A stretch of DNA of 64,000 nt from positions 49,414,001 to 49,478,000 of the forward strand of contig OX597814.1 in assembly GCA_951406725.2 (NCBI GenBank). Direction: 5' to 3'. Position numbers and translations under genes: made by a program. How positions within the stretch are numbered: the stretch's first letter is position 1; every line of letters begins with the position of its first letter. This document shows, piece after piece, positions 39,203 to 51,037 of the stretch. The notes under the pieces are model-generated. The model ran no database searches. It was not told the origin of the DNA and saw nothing but the letters and a program-made list of their open reading frames with translations. This DNA is from Octopus vulgaris (lineage: Eukaryota).

Positions 39203-40639
39203 CTACAGATCACATGGCTGTAAGTTCTCTCCTATGTGGATACGTTTGTGTTGAGTTAAATTATCACTTCTAGAAAATGTCTCACTACAGATATCACAAT
39301 GGTATGGTCTTTCTCCTGAGTGAATACGTTTGTGTCGAGAGAAATGACCACTTTGAGAGAATGTTTTACCACAGATATCACAATGGTATGGTCTTTCTCC
39401 TGTGTGAATACGCATGTGACAAGACAAATTAGCACTTCCGGAACATGTTTTACCACAGATATCACAGTCATAAGGTCTTTCTTCTGTGTGAATACGTACA
39501 TGGCGAGACAATTCAGCACTTCCAGAATATGTTTTACCACATATTTCACAGTAGTATGGTCTCTTTCCTGTATGAATACGTTTGTGGGCAACTAAATTGC
39601 TAGCAATGGAGAAAGCTTTACCACAAATATTACAATGGTATGGTTTCTCTCCTGTGTGAATACGTTTATGTTGAGTTAAACTATCACTTCTAGAAAAAGC
39701 TTCATTACATATATCACAGTGGTATGGTCTTTCACCTGAGTGAATCCGTTTGTGTCGAGAGAGATGACCACTTTCAGAGAATGTTTTGCCACAGATATCA
39801 CAGTGGTATGGTGTTTCTCCTGTGTGAATACGTATGTGACGAGAGAAATGACCTATTTGAGAAAATGTTTTACCACAAACATCACAGTGATATGGTCTTT
39901 CTCCTGTGTGAAGACGTATGTGGCGGGACAAAGCAGCACTTCCAGAATATGATTTATCACAGATATCACAGTGGTATGGTTTCTCTTCTGTGTGAATACG
40001 TTTGTGTGTAGACAAGTTAGAGCTTCCAGAATACGACTTCCCGCAGACGTCACATTGATAAGGTTTTTCACCAGTGTGAACACGTTTATGGGTAACCAAA
40101 TTGCCAGGCACAGAGAATGCTTTATCACAAACATCACATTTGTATGGTTTTTCTCCTGTATGAATACGTTTGTGGGAAACTAGATTACGCATTTCAGAAA
40201 ATGATTTGTCACAGATATCACAATGGTATGGTTTCTCTCCTGTATGAATACGTTTGTGAGCAACTAAACCACCTTTCTCAGAGAATGCTTTACTACAAAT
40301 ATCACAAGTGTATGGCTTTTCCCCAGTGTGAATACGTTTGTGGATAGATAACTTATCCTTTCGAGACAAATTTTTGCCACAGATATCACATTGGAACAGT
40401 TTTTCTCCTGTATGAATACGTCTGTGGGAAAGTAAACTGCTATTTTGAGAGAATGTTTTATCACAAATATCACAGTGGTGCAAGTTTTTGCTACTAGAGA
40501 GAATACATTTATGGGAAAATAACAGATTGCTTGTGCTGAATAATTTTCCACACATATCACAAGCATATAAATTCACTTCTGTACTTTCTTGTGTTTGATC
40601 AGATGAATCAGTATTTTCAGGCTCTGCTTTCTCCTCCAT
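39203..40639 (-). CDS. C2H2 zinc-finger protein D (478 aa, 1 atypical + 15 canonical fingers)
   Basis: Intact ORF of tandem fingers with TGEKPY-type linkers. Confidence 0.95.
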   Translation of the reverse strand: MEEKAEPENTDSSDQTQESTEVNLYACDMCGKLFSTSNLLFSHKCILSSSKNLHHCDICDKTFSQNSSLLSHRRIHTGEKLFQCDICGKNLSRKDKLSIHKRIHTGEKPYTCDICSKAFSEKGGLVAHKRIHTGEKPYHCDICDKSFSEMRNLVSHKRIHTGEKPYKCDVCDKAFSVPGNLVTHKRVHTGEKPYQCDVCGKSYSGSSNLSTHKRIHTEEKPYHCDICDKSYSGSAALSRHIRLHTGERPYHCDVCGKTFSQIGHFSRHIRIHTGETPYHCDICGKTFSESGHLSRHKRIHSGERPYHCDICNEAFSRSDSLTQHKRIHTGEKPYHCNICGKAFSIASNLVAHKRIHTGKRPYYCEICGKTYSGSAELSRHVRIHTEERPYDCDICGKTCSGSANLSCHMRIHTGERPYHCDICGKTFSQSGHFSRHKRIHSGERPYHCDICSETFSRSDNLTQHKRIHIGENLQPCDL

Positions 40640-41050
40640 ACTTTTCTTGTTTAACCTTATTTTTCTTGTAAGAAAAGAACTTCAAGTGGATTTATTAGTT
40701 CAGAATCTTATAATTAACAATCAACAATTAAAGTTTCATTAAACTAATATAATAAATAAGATACATCTAGATATATAAATCCTTGCACTTAACAATTCAA
40801 ACTTCAGGGCAAATCTTCCATGTTTAATATGTGCAGAAAATCTTTTAGTGGGCATTTGTACAGGAAGTTTTGTAAATAATCTTAATTCTAAGGAAATATT
40901 TCACAGCCATTCAGCCAAAAGTTGAAGAAACAAGATGACACCAGCTTGATGAAGATTTTTAGTGTTCAAAAGTTGATAATCTACAGTGAAAAATTTTTTT
41001 TCTTGGAGTCATCTGATAACCTGCAATAAAATACAACATATGACATGAGA
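40640..41050 (-). other. 5' UTR and acceptor (exon starts at 41020) of gene D
   Basis: ttgcag|GTTATCAGATG on the minus strand. Confidence 0.7.
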
Positions 41051-41760
41051 GACAATACAATGAAGTGATAACATGAAGATTACTACAGAGGATATATTAC
41101 ACAACAAGTACTGAAAGTTAAAATAGCCAGAAAGAGTAAAAATTTATTTAGAGAAAAAAACAAAAAATCAAAACATGTTGATAATATAGATATGATGGAA
41201 ATGAATGATAAAAACCTGTGAGTGTGGATCTTTGAACCACAGACCACTATATCAACATCAGCAGAAAATTACAAGGATGTTCTAAAATTAAATTTTCCAC
41301 CTGATCCAAGCAAACAAAAAATATATATATCTACATCATAATAAACACAAAGTAGATTACTTATGTGGCTGAAACTTTCTTTGTCTTGTTGAAGCACTCC
41401 AGTCACAGCCTGAGACCTTGAAGACTGCTATGATGCTTGAAAGTAAACTACTCCCTTAATATTTTATATTCAACATTTCATCTATTTCAATAAGACATTC
41501 AATACTTCATTTCATTTTACAATATATATATTATTTATACTATATATTCTATATTCTACATTAATGTTATAAAGAATATAAATAAAACATAAAAAAACAG
41601 AGTTGGAATTTCTTTGAATAATATATATCCTCTATACGCAATCATACAAACCCCTTTTTATTTATACACACACACATATATATATACACATACACACACA
41701 CACATATATATACATATATATATATATATACACCCATATACATACATACATATATATATC

Positions 41761-42020
41761 ACCATCATCGTTTAACGTCCACTTTCCATGCTAGCATGGG
41801 TTGGATGATTTGACTGAGGACTGGCGAGCTAGATGGCTGTGCCAGGCTCCAATCTAATCTGGCAGAGTTTCTACAGCTGGATGCCCTTCCTAACACTAAC
41901 CACTCTGAGAGTGTAGTGGGTGCTTTTACATGCTACCTGCACGAGGGCCAGTTTGGCGGTACTGGCAATGGCCACGCTTGAAATGGTGTTTTTTACGTGC
42001 CACCTGCACAGGAGTCAGTC
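41761..42020 (-). mobile_element. RTE 3' tail fragment
   Basis: Matches 54727-55050 (ggatgcccttcctaac, catcatc tail). Confidence 0.85.
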
Positions 42021-42072
42021 ACACACACATATACAAACATAGGTATAAATACATATATATATATATATATAC

Positions 42073-43170
42073 CTGATGACAGAAAGACCAATTTTATGAC
42101 ACCCTCTCGCAGACTACCTCATTGATGAATGGCAGGGACCATCTCTTTGTGGCTGGTGACTTCAATGGACACATTGGACAACATGCAGTGGGCTACCATG
42201 GCATACATGGAGGCTATGGTTTTGGTTCCCGCAATGAGGAAACCAGGCTGCTGGAGTTTTGTGATGTAAATGATCTTATGGTTTGCAATACTAACTTCAG
42301 GAAACCTACCAGTCACCTAGTCACCTACCGATCTGGTAGACACACTAGCCAAATTGACTACATCCTCATCAGAAAAAGGGAAAGATGGCTGCTTATAAAT
42401 GTCAAAACCTTCCCAGGTGAAGAATGTACCCCACAACATAGACTAGTAGCTAGCGACTGCAGGATCAGGACAAAATGGATGCCCAGATGACCAGCATGGA
42501 GGAGAAGGATCTGGAAGCTTAAAGATCCTGCGAATGGACAGAGATTTAGAGACATATTACTCGAAGCTTTTGACGAAATAGAGGTGGATATAGCATCACA
42601 TGATGCGGAAGACAACTGCAGGTTTCTACGGGACAACCTGCTGAAGGCCACTGACCAGATCTGTGGATGGTGCAAAGTCCCTCTCGACCCAAGGTAATGT
42701 GGTGGTGGAACAATGTTGTTGACAGGGCCATTATGGAAAAGAAACAGGCTTGGAAGAATGGTAGTAACAGGGAATTGCAACAGACTGCCAGAAGGGAAGC
42801 TAGGAGACAGGTTTATTTAACCAGATAAGAAAAAGACTTGAGGTATTTCGTGTTGCAAGACTCGCGATGTCGTAGGAGAGAAATGTGTCCACATGGATGA
42901 TAGTTCACTTGCATTAAATGAGGGTGCAAAGAGAGAGGTTTTGCGACACCACTATGAAAGGTTGCTAAATAAAGAGAATGAATGGGAGAAAGAGAGTCTG
43001 CCAAATGCTAACCCAACACAGGGATCACCTATCCAAATTGACAGTACGCTGGTAGATAAAGCAATTAAGGGAAAGCCCCCAGTCCATCAGGAAGCACTGC
43101 AGAGATGCTCAAAATATCTGGCAGTGTCAGATAAAGCCTAGTCACCCATGTAATTGACCAGGTGATACAT
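42073..43170 (+). mobile_element. RTE LINE internal fragment (AP endonuclease to pre-RT) in the predicted intron 1 of gene D
   Basis: VAGDFNGHIG, YGFGSRNEE, SQIDYIL, PQHRLV, YERLLNKENEW; contains stops. Confidence 0.9.
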
Positions 43171-44117
43171 CTGATGTTTCAGGACTGCTCTTTGTCTGAG
43201 AGGAAAGAAATTTTTCGTCTCAGTCAGTCTTGAAACATCAGATTCTTCTTCCCACCATGACATACAAACTTACTCATGAATTAGGGCTTGAAGATACTGG
43301 AAAAGAGTTCTATCTGTTTGGCATTGCCAGTGTTATCAAGTTGGATCTAGACTTGATGACATGTTAATAACAAGATTCTTTAAAGATGAAGCAGCACTAA
43401 AACATACGACTTTTCTACCTTGATGTAATTTGTCTCGTTATCAGATAAGTCCATCTCATTAGTTCCTCTTTAACCAAATAAATGTGTATTCTTTAAAGCT
43501 ATCAACAGATCATATATTCTGAACATATCATCTATGATAATTTTTTTTCACCCATATTCACAATTTACCTTTTCTTTTATCTTTCACATTGTAAATAACT
43601 AGTTTCTTTGAGTGTCAAAACCAAAACTCTTCATTGCGAATTAGTTCAAAATTCTAGCAAATGATTTTAGTCTTAAGAAATCTCAAAATATTCATAAATT
43701 TTTTAAAAACTCAGAACAGAAGTTGGTCGTAAGCTATAGCATTGATTGATAGTTCAACTAGATATGTCAGAAATCCTGGAAAAGTAGCGAACCATAGACT
43801 GCCCTCACTGGATTTCTATTTTACATAATATTTGATGTATGGTTATGAAAATAAAGAAACACGTCGTCGAGGAAGACCGGGAATTAAAAGGTTGAGAAAA
43901 TATGAAGTCAATACATTCCTTGAAATTACACCAACCATGCAAAGATTAGATAAACCACGGAACTAAATTAACTAAATGAAAAATCGAGGGAATGAAGTGA
44001 TAATGAACCGACAAAACAAAATTGAATTCGGCAGTGAATACGAATGATGGGGTGAAGTAGAAATGTAAATATAAAAGGGACATTTTCGGTAAAAGAAATC
44101 TAAAATATATTAACGAT

Positions 44118-44215
44118 ACTTACATAACAATGTAGATCTTAGATGAAATGATATCTTGACGTAATATATGAGAAATTTATGAAGACTGATAGATTCACCA
44201 GAACATTCTTACAAG
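44118..44215 (-). other. Predicted non-coding exon 1 (3' part) and donor of gene D
   Basis: gaatgttctggtgaatctatc...ttat|GTAAGTatcgttaatatatttta on the minus strand, GT at 44123. Confidence 0.65.
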
Positions 44216-45499
44216 ATATATGTAGTTTTTTTTTTAATCTGGTAAATGAACAATCTCTTAATTACATCAATTTATTAGTTATTACTGAGTTATTACAATG
44301 TAAACAAATCTAAAGAAATAATATCTACAGTGTTTATATATTTAGTAAAGAGGCGGCGACGATAATCAACCAACTGTCATTTCTAGTAAGCGAACAACGC
44401 ACCTCTGATCAGTAGAGAGTGCTAAAATTAGACATGCCCACTGTCCAGCACATCTTCAGGTATTGTCTATCAAGAACTCCACTATCTGGTGTACCTTTGT
44501 TGTTTAATCCCAAGTCATACCTGACCCAACAAGACTTATGATCACAGGTGATTCCAGCCATGGCCATTTTCATCATAAAATCTTCCACGCTTTTGAACAT
44601 CTTAAATATTCTGTCAGTTATAACAGTGTTGATGTGGTTTTTCTCTTCCCGTTTGCGAATCTAGAACTCCACTAACTTGTGTGGGCATTTTCTAGCTTTC
44701 AATTGTTTTCTTTGATACAAGTTTTCTAAATCTTAATTTATTCCATCACCTTTTTTTTTTTTTGTCTCAGAAGCCTGTAGGTAGCTTTAAATCTTTCAAA
44801 ATTTCAATCTTTTCATAGCCTGCTTATAATGTTTTAATATCTATTAGGTTTGCTGTCCATGTGATGAAACTTATTCTAGCTATTAAGTGACATTCTCAAT
44901 TCCGATGGTACGCTCCAATATAGAATAATTCGTATGGGTTAGTTGAGCTGCAAGAAATAACTGCTAAATCGCTCTTAGACCATTAATGAAAAAAAAAAAA
45001 AAAGGACACAGCTTTCAGATACATAATATGCAGGAGGGGTGGTGAAAAGACGATCATGCTTGGAACATCTTTTTTTTCCTTGATGGAAAGTTTCTAGTTT
45101 TTCTGTGCACTCAAAGCTGAGGGTTCATTCATTCTACAACCGCTAGAATACCGGCTGAAATTTTTGTTAAAAAGGCGGGAAAGAGACAATAATTTCTCGT
45201 ATGTTAACAGGTGTTATTTTATACTCTTTGTCTTTTTTTATGTGTGTGTGTGTACGTACTTTAAATCCATCGGACAAGATTGTTTGAACCCCATAGTCAG
45301 GTAGTTTTGACGGATCCACGCGTTAGACACAACCAAAAGTTTACTGACGCAACAACTTGTTTTCCCAAAATTTCTTGAGAGCGAGTGCCTACTGGTGAAT
45401 GGCATAACAAAGTAGCTCGGCATTAGATCTGACTTTTTCAGAAATAGTCCTGGTAGTTATCGAGAAGTGAGATTCTAGATGTTGGAGAAGGTTGATTTC

Positions 45500-45685
45500 A
45501 ATTTTTGGCACAATGCCAGCAATTTCGAGGGAGGATATAAGTGGATTACATCATCATCAGTACTTAGCTGGTACTTTATTTTATCTCCTCCGAAAGAATA
45601 AAAGACAAAGTCGACCTCAGCGGACTTTGAACTCAGAAGGTAAGGACGAACGAAATTCCTCTAAGCATTTCGCCCGGCGTAACAG
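45500..45685 (-). mobile_element. SINE family 2
   Basis: Reverse-complement homology to 32672-32903. Confidence 0.75.
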
Positions 45686-45692
45686 CTGTCAA

Positions 45693-45890
45693 GGCGGCTA
45701 GCTGGCAGAACACGTTACGGCGTCGGAAAAATAATACTTAGCGGCATGTTTTCTGGCTTTACGCTCCGAGATCAAATGTCGCTGGGGTTGACTTTGCTTT
45801 TCATCCTTTCGGAATCGATAAAATAAGTACCAGTGGAACACTGGGGTCGATATATCCCCTCCCTCGAAATTGCTGACCATGTGCCAAAAC
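45693..45890 (+). mobile_element. SINE family 2
   Basis: GGCGGCTAGCTGGCAGAA...TTTCATCCTTTCGGAATCGATAAAATAAGTACCAG. Confidence 0.8.
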
Positions 45891-46124
45891 AGCTTTGAGA
45901 TGTTAAAAGTGTATGCAATAGCACAAAGTTGACAGGATTGTCTTTGGGAATGAGATTCTTTACAGTTGATAGAGATAATTTTAGCAAAGGAACAAAAGGA
46001 TTGACTATAGTTTGGGAGGCAAAAGTACTTGCAGACTGAATGTACGGTGACGTTCTTCCCAGTTTTGATAATGATACTATAATAGTTTTATGTATATTTT
46101 TCCTTAATCACACTCTACTTACAT

Positions 46125-46380
46125 CACCATCGTTTTTACGTCTACTTTCCATGCTTGCATGGGTCAGGAGGAATTCATTGAGACATTTTCTACAATCAGA
46201 TGCTGGTTGTCTATGCCAACCCTCACTTGTTTTAAAGCAAACATATTTCCCCATGGGCATACATATTTACACCGAAGATTGGAAACAAAGGACACTGCTT
46301 CTATGATGGTGATAGTTGCTTATAAGTACCCTATGATGTCAAGACACAAAGACAAAACATGCATGTACATACATACATAA
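46125..46380 (-). mobile_element. SINE family 3 / RTE-tail 3' fragment
   Basis: Homologous to 27172-27400. Confidence 0.55.
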
Positions 46381-46385
46381 ATATA

Positions 46386-46700
46386 TATCTGTAAATGTAA
46401 TGTGTGACAATTATTCAGTAACCATGATAAAACTCCGAGTTTCAGATGCTGAGGTGGAAATCCACACCGCCATCTCTTCAGTTATCCATCAGAAAAATTT
46501 TTCATAGTATTTTTCCGATGGCCGGATACTTGAAGAGATGACGGCATGGATTTCCACCTCGGCATCTGAAACTCAGAGATTTATCATGGATACCGAATAA
46601 TTGTCACATAGTACATTTACAGATAAATTCCTTTATTTACATAATATCAAGGTCTCTTTCATTCTTTTGTTGTTTTACCATTTTTATCAATAAATAAATA
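46386..46700. mobile_element. Palindromic Penelope-like element with hammerhead-like motif in both arms
   Basis: Imperfect inverted arms about 46386-46497 and 46510-46625; the minus-strand arm has CTGAAGA...GAAA-ctcggag-TT; flanked by TA repeats. Confidence 0.7.
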
Positions 46701-46753
46701 TATATATATATATAATATATGCAAGTACACACACATATACATGCATGTATGTA

Positions 46754-46789
<36 letters not shown>

Positions 46790-46824
46790 ATGCAAGTACA
46801 CACACATATACATGCATGTATGTA

Positions 46825-46862
<38 letters not shown>
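46700..46862. repeat. Duplicated compound TA/CA/TG microsatellite unit
   Basis: ataatatatgcaagtacacacacatatacatgcatgtatgtatgtgtg occurs twice between (TA)n runs. Confidence 0.85.
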
Positions 46863-47173
46863 AGCAAAACATTCAAACACTGAGATTTGAAATCAGATGT
46901 CACTACTGTTCATATCATCTGTAGATAAATTTAAAAATTGATATCACTTGTAGTGACATAGGTGGATCGCAGGCACAATAGCATTATATAGCTATGAATT
47001 ATAGATTTGAATGAAGCGTATTGATGCTTAACAAGCATCTACCTGCTAGAAATAAGAGCTAAAGTCTTAAATTAATCCACCGTACCGCACCAAGATAACA
47101 GAGAAAAACAGTATGCATGGAAAAAAGAAAGTATTAAAACATTTAACAGCACAATATATTATATATATATATA

Positions 47174-48476
47174 CTAGCATTAAAGACCCGTCGTTGCCGG
47201 GTCATAGTACTAGTGCATGTATATATGTGTATATATATGTGTACATATTACATGTACATCTATATATATACATCTACACATAAAATACAAAGTTATATCT
47301 TGATATCGCTAGTGATAACAATACTCAAAATATATAACAGACTGGAATTGTTAGCCCCGTCTCTTGTAATCTCAATCAATTGTATCTTGTCCTCCTTGTA
47401 TAGAAGTGTGGCTACAATCCAGCCTACCTTTACTTCGGGGGTGGGGGTGGGGGGCATTTTATATTTTTATCCGGGATGTCCTATGTCCCAGATATAAAGG
47501 TAAAAATAGAATATTTCCACTTTGCAAGTTCGAGTCGAGTACTCCCTTGCACGCTCCGTTGACTCGAACCTTGCTTCTATTGTGGCGAATTTACTGCCTC
47601 TAATTAGATACCTTTCATAGTCGCACCAAGACACTTTTCGAAGGTGCTTTCCTCCATGTGTTCAAAAAGCACCCACTACACTCTCGGAGTGGTTGGCGTT
47701 AGGAAGGGCATCCAGCCGTAGAAACACTGCCAGATCAGACTGGGCCTGATGCAGCCTTCCGGCTTCGCAGTCCCCAGTTGAACCGTCCAACCCATGCTAG
47801 CATGGAAAGCGGACGCTAAATGATGATGTATACTTTATAGACAATAGTCTTTTCTTTAATTTAATTTTTTATTATCCATCTGGACTATTCCATTTCTGCA
47901 CACTAATTTTATTTTTAATTTATTCCCATTCATGTGAAACCACTTATTCAAGTTCAAATCATTGACGCAATTTTATACCAATTGCTATTTTTACTTTTTG
48001 TTATGTTACGATTATATTATACTTTAGTTTGATTTTAATTATTACTTACTACATATAATTCAATTGTTATTATTATTTTTATTGTTAAAGTGAAAGTATC
48101 TGACATAAAATAGAGAAACGTTTTTGTTTCACTTTTAACACGTAATACTGAAATAGTGGAGAAGATATGATATTGCTATGGGCTCGCTCTAGGCAAGAAG
48201 TTGAACATTTTTTTTGCCCATGAAACTACATGGCATGTGTAAAATTTGAATGGAATTGGTTGTGTAGTTCTCAAGTTTTAGGGAATCGTAGTGGAGAAGA
48301 TATGATATAGCTGTGGGCTCGCCCTAGGCAAAAAGTTCAAAATGTTTTTTGCCGATGACACTCCCCGGACCCTAAGTAAGACATGTGTAAAATTTGAATG
48401 AAATTGGTTGTGTAGTTCTCAAGTTTTAGGAAAACACACAGACAGACACACATTCTCAGTTTTATATATATAAAGA
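47174..48476 (-). mobile_element. Non-autonomous Helitron
   Basis: Minus strand begins A|TC at 48476 and ends CTAG|T at 47174, with a GC hairpin (gacccg 47185-47190 / cgggtc 47198-47203) just before the end; internal duplication of about 135 bp at 48156-48430. Confidence 0.8.
47660..47829 (+). mobile_element. RTE 3' tail nested in the Helitron
   Basis: GGTTGGCGTTAGGAAGGGCATCCAGCCGTAGAAAC...gctaaatgatgatg. Confidence 0.85.
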
Positions 48477-48537
48477 TATAGTAGAAATTGTGTCTAAAAA
48501 AAAAAGGGATACAACTGCTTCTATTTTGTATTTCTCT

Positions 48538-48629
48538 TGTACTTCTCATCCAATTGCTCATGTACTTCTCATCCAATTGCTCATGTACTTCTCATCCAAT
48601 CTTGCTCTTGTACTTCTCATCCAATTGCT
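48538..48629. repeat. 23-bp minisatellite, about 4 copies
   Basis: tgtacttctcatccaattgctca repeated. Confidence 0.9.
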
Positions 48630-49297
48630 TTCTTTCCATTTCCCTCCATGAATCCTTATAAAATGCCTTGCTATCTATCCAACTCTGGACATAGTTGTCA
48701 GTATCTTAATGCAATAAAGTGTTCTCTGATGACCTAATGTGATTAGGCATCTACATGCACTAGGAACACCTAATGTAATGCTCCAAACAACTATAATGGT
48801 GAAATTCATGTAGGAATATAAACTTATCCTTTTTTCCTGGATTTTAATAGAGGACCTGTAGTTGTTCAAGTAGGTCTTGAAAGAGTGCTCCTGCATCAAC
48901 ATAGCACTGCAATCCGTATATGATAGCTTCTGTGTTACACTGGCCATTATGCAAGTATGTTACCTCTGCTAAAAGAGATCTTCAAGGGTATTGAATAGTT
49001 TTCTGTAATTAAGTGCAGGTGGAAAATGTTTATTTACCTAAAAAAAAAAAAGGCCTCTCCCTATTCAGGTTTTAACATTTAGAGAGAATGGGGATGTGAT
49101 CCAAGTAACTTTATGATGGTACTTTACTTTTGCCTAACTGGATGAAAATATCTGCATTTTCAGTATAAAAGAGTTTTTGTTACATTGTCCCATTCAATTG
49201 TATCTGGTCCTCCTTTCTGCCAAGGGAAGTCTAATCTTACATGAAACTGTCCAGAAACTCTGTTTCACAAAAATAGAGTTCTTAATTTATAAAATTG

Positions 49298-50522
49298 TAC
49301 CCAGTGTAAGCTATGGACACATGAGATGCAGCAATATCAAAGGAAGGTTAACTGGGAAGATAGTTTTTGTGTGTGGCAGATGCACAGGTGCAATAAACAC
49401 TGAAGATGTACAGAAAACAGATTCAATCAGATGCCAGGGGAAAAAAACTAGAAGTAGTTGATAGCTTCCATTACCTAGGTGACCAAGTCAGTAGCGGTAG
49501 TGGATGATCTGAGGGTGTAGTTGCTAGAATGTGAATAGCTTGGGTAAAATTCAGAGAGCTCCTACCGCTGCTGGTAACAAAGGGCCTCTCACTCAGAGCG
49601 AAAGGTAGACTATGATGTCTGTGTGTGAACAGCCATGCTACATGGCAGTGAAACATGGTCTGTGACTGCTGAGGACATGTGTAGGCTTAAAAGAAATGAA
49701 GTTAGTATGCTCCACTGGATGTGTAATGTCAATGTGCATACACAACAGAGTGGAAGCACCCTGAGAGAAAAGTTGGGTATAAGAAGCATCAGATGTGTGC
49801 AAGAGAGACGACTGCACTGGTATGGGCATGTGTTGCGTATGGATGAGGACAGCTGTGTGAAGAAGTGTCACCCCCAACAGTGGAGGTAACCTGTGGAAGA
49901 GGTAGAGCCGGGAAAACATAGGATGAAGTGGTGAAGCAAGACCTTTGAATGTTGGGCTTCACAGAGGCAATAACAAGTGACTGAGGCCTTTGGAGATATG
50001 CTGTGCTTGAGAAGACCTGGCAAGCCAAATGAGATCGTAGCTGTGGCTAATGCTAGTGTTTTATAACTGGCCCATTTAAAAGCACCCTTCAATCGCCGAG
50101 CAATATGCCATGCTTGTGAAGACCTGTTGAACCAAATGAAATCTGTCGTGGCTGGTACCTGTGCCTGTGGCACGTCAAGAGCACTGTTCAAGCATGGCTG
50201 ATACCAGTGCCACCTGACTGGTACTTGTGCCAGTGGCATGTAATAAGCACCATTTGAGCATGGTCGATGCCAGTGCTGGTAGCATGTAAAAGGCACCATT
50301 CAAGCGTAACCAATGCCAATACCACTAGACTGGCTCCCATGCCAGTGGCACATAAAAAGCACCAACTACACTCTTGGAGTGGTTGGCATTAGGAAGGGCA
50401 TCGGGTTGTAGAAACCTTGCCAATTCAGACTGAAGCATGGTGCAACCTCCCGGCTTGCCAGTCCTCAGTCAAACCAGCCAACCCATGCCAGCATGGAAAG
50501 TAGACATTAAACAATGATGATA
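49298..50522 (+). mobile_element. RTE LINE 3' fragment
   Basis: CSNIKGRLTGKIVFVCGRC, MLHGSETW...RLHWYGHVLRM, 3' UTR and atgatgat tail. Confidence 0.9.
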
Positions 50523-50545
50523 ATATACATATATATATATGCATA

Positions 50546-51034
50546 CAGTAATGCTTCGATATAGGACTTCATTTGTGCCCGGAAACCATTCATAAAGCAG
50601 AGCAATAATTTCCCTTAGTAGTAATGTTATAAATCGTAATTCGTTCCCAGAAAAATATTTTACCTATAAAATTTATAATACTCATAAATAAATGGCAATA
50701 AAACAACAGTAGAATGTAAAGAATATTTTATGTGAAGATCATTTAAAATAAAAAATATAATCGTTTCTGAATCACTTTCACTCACACTAGACTCCTACAC
50801 ACCATCGCTAGTAGATGCAATCACCAATTCACAAGCACTTGTAGATTTCTTTTTAAAAAACATGCCTAGAGTTGTTTGCTTAGAAGAAACTTTTTTCACT
50901 CTATAAATTTCTTGGTAATATGCAGAAGCACTTCTTATAGTAGTAGAAACTTTTGCACTTTATTCAAAATTTGGATCTTTTGCTTGAAAAATAAAACTCA
51001 TAAACCTGGGGCCTCGTAAAGTGAGGTATTACTG
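50546..51034 (-). mobile_element. Internally deleted Tigger/pogo-type DNA transposon
   Basis: TA|CAGTAAT...ATTACTG|TA inverted ends; the minus strand retains the transposase C-terminus KDPNFE*S...YQEIY...KQTTLGMFFKK. Confidence 0.75.
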
Positions 51035-51037
51035 TAT

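Noticed and set aside
46637-47497. Ile/Tyr/His-rich ORFs
   Set aside because: Translations of TA/CA microsatellites
47690-47725. RTE tail motif TTAGGAAGGGCATCC as the target of the terminal ZNF pair
   Set aside because: It does not match the code-predicted NAGGGA exactly, and the recognition code is too imprecise to support the link
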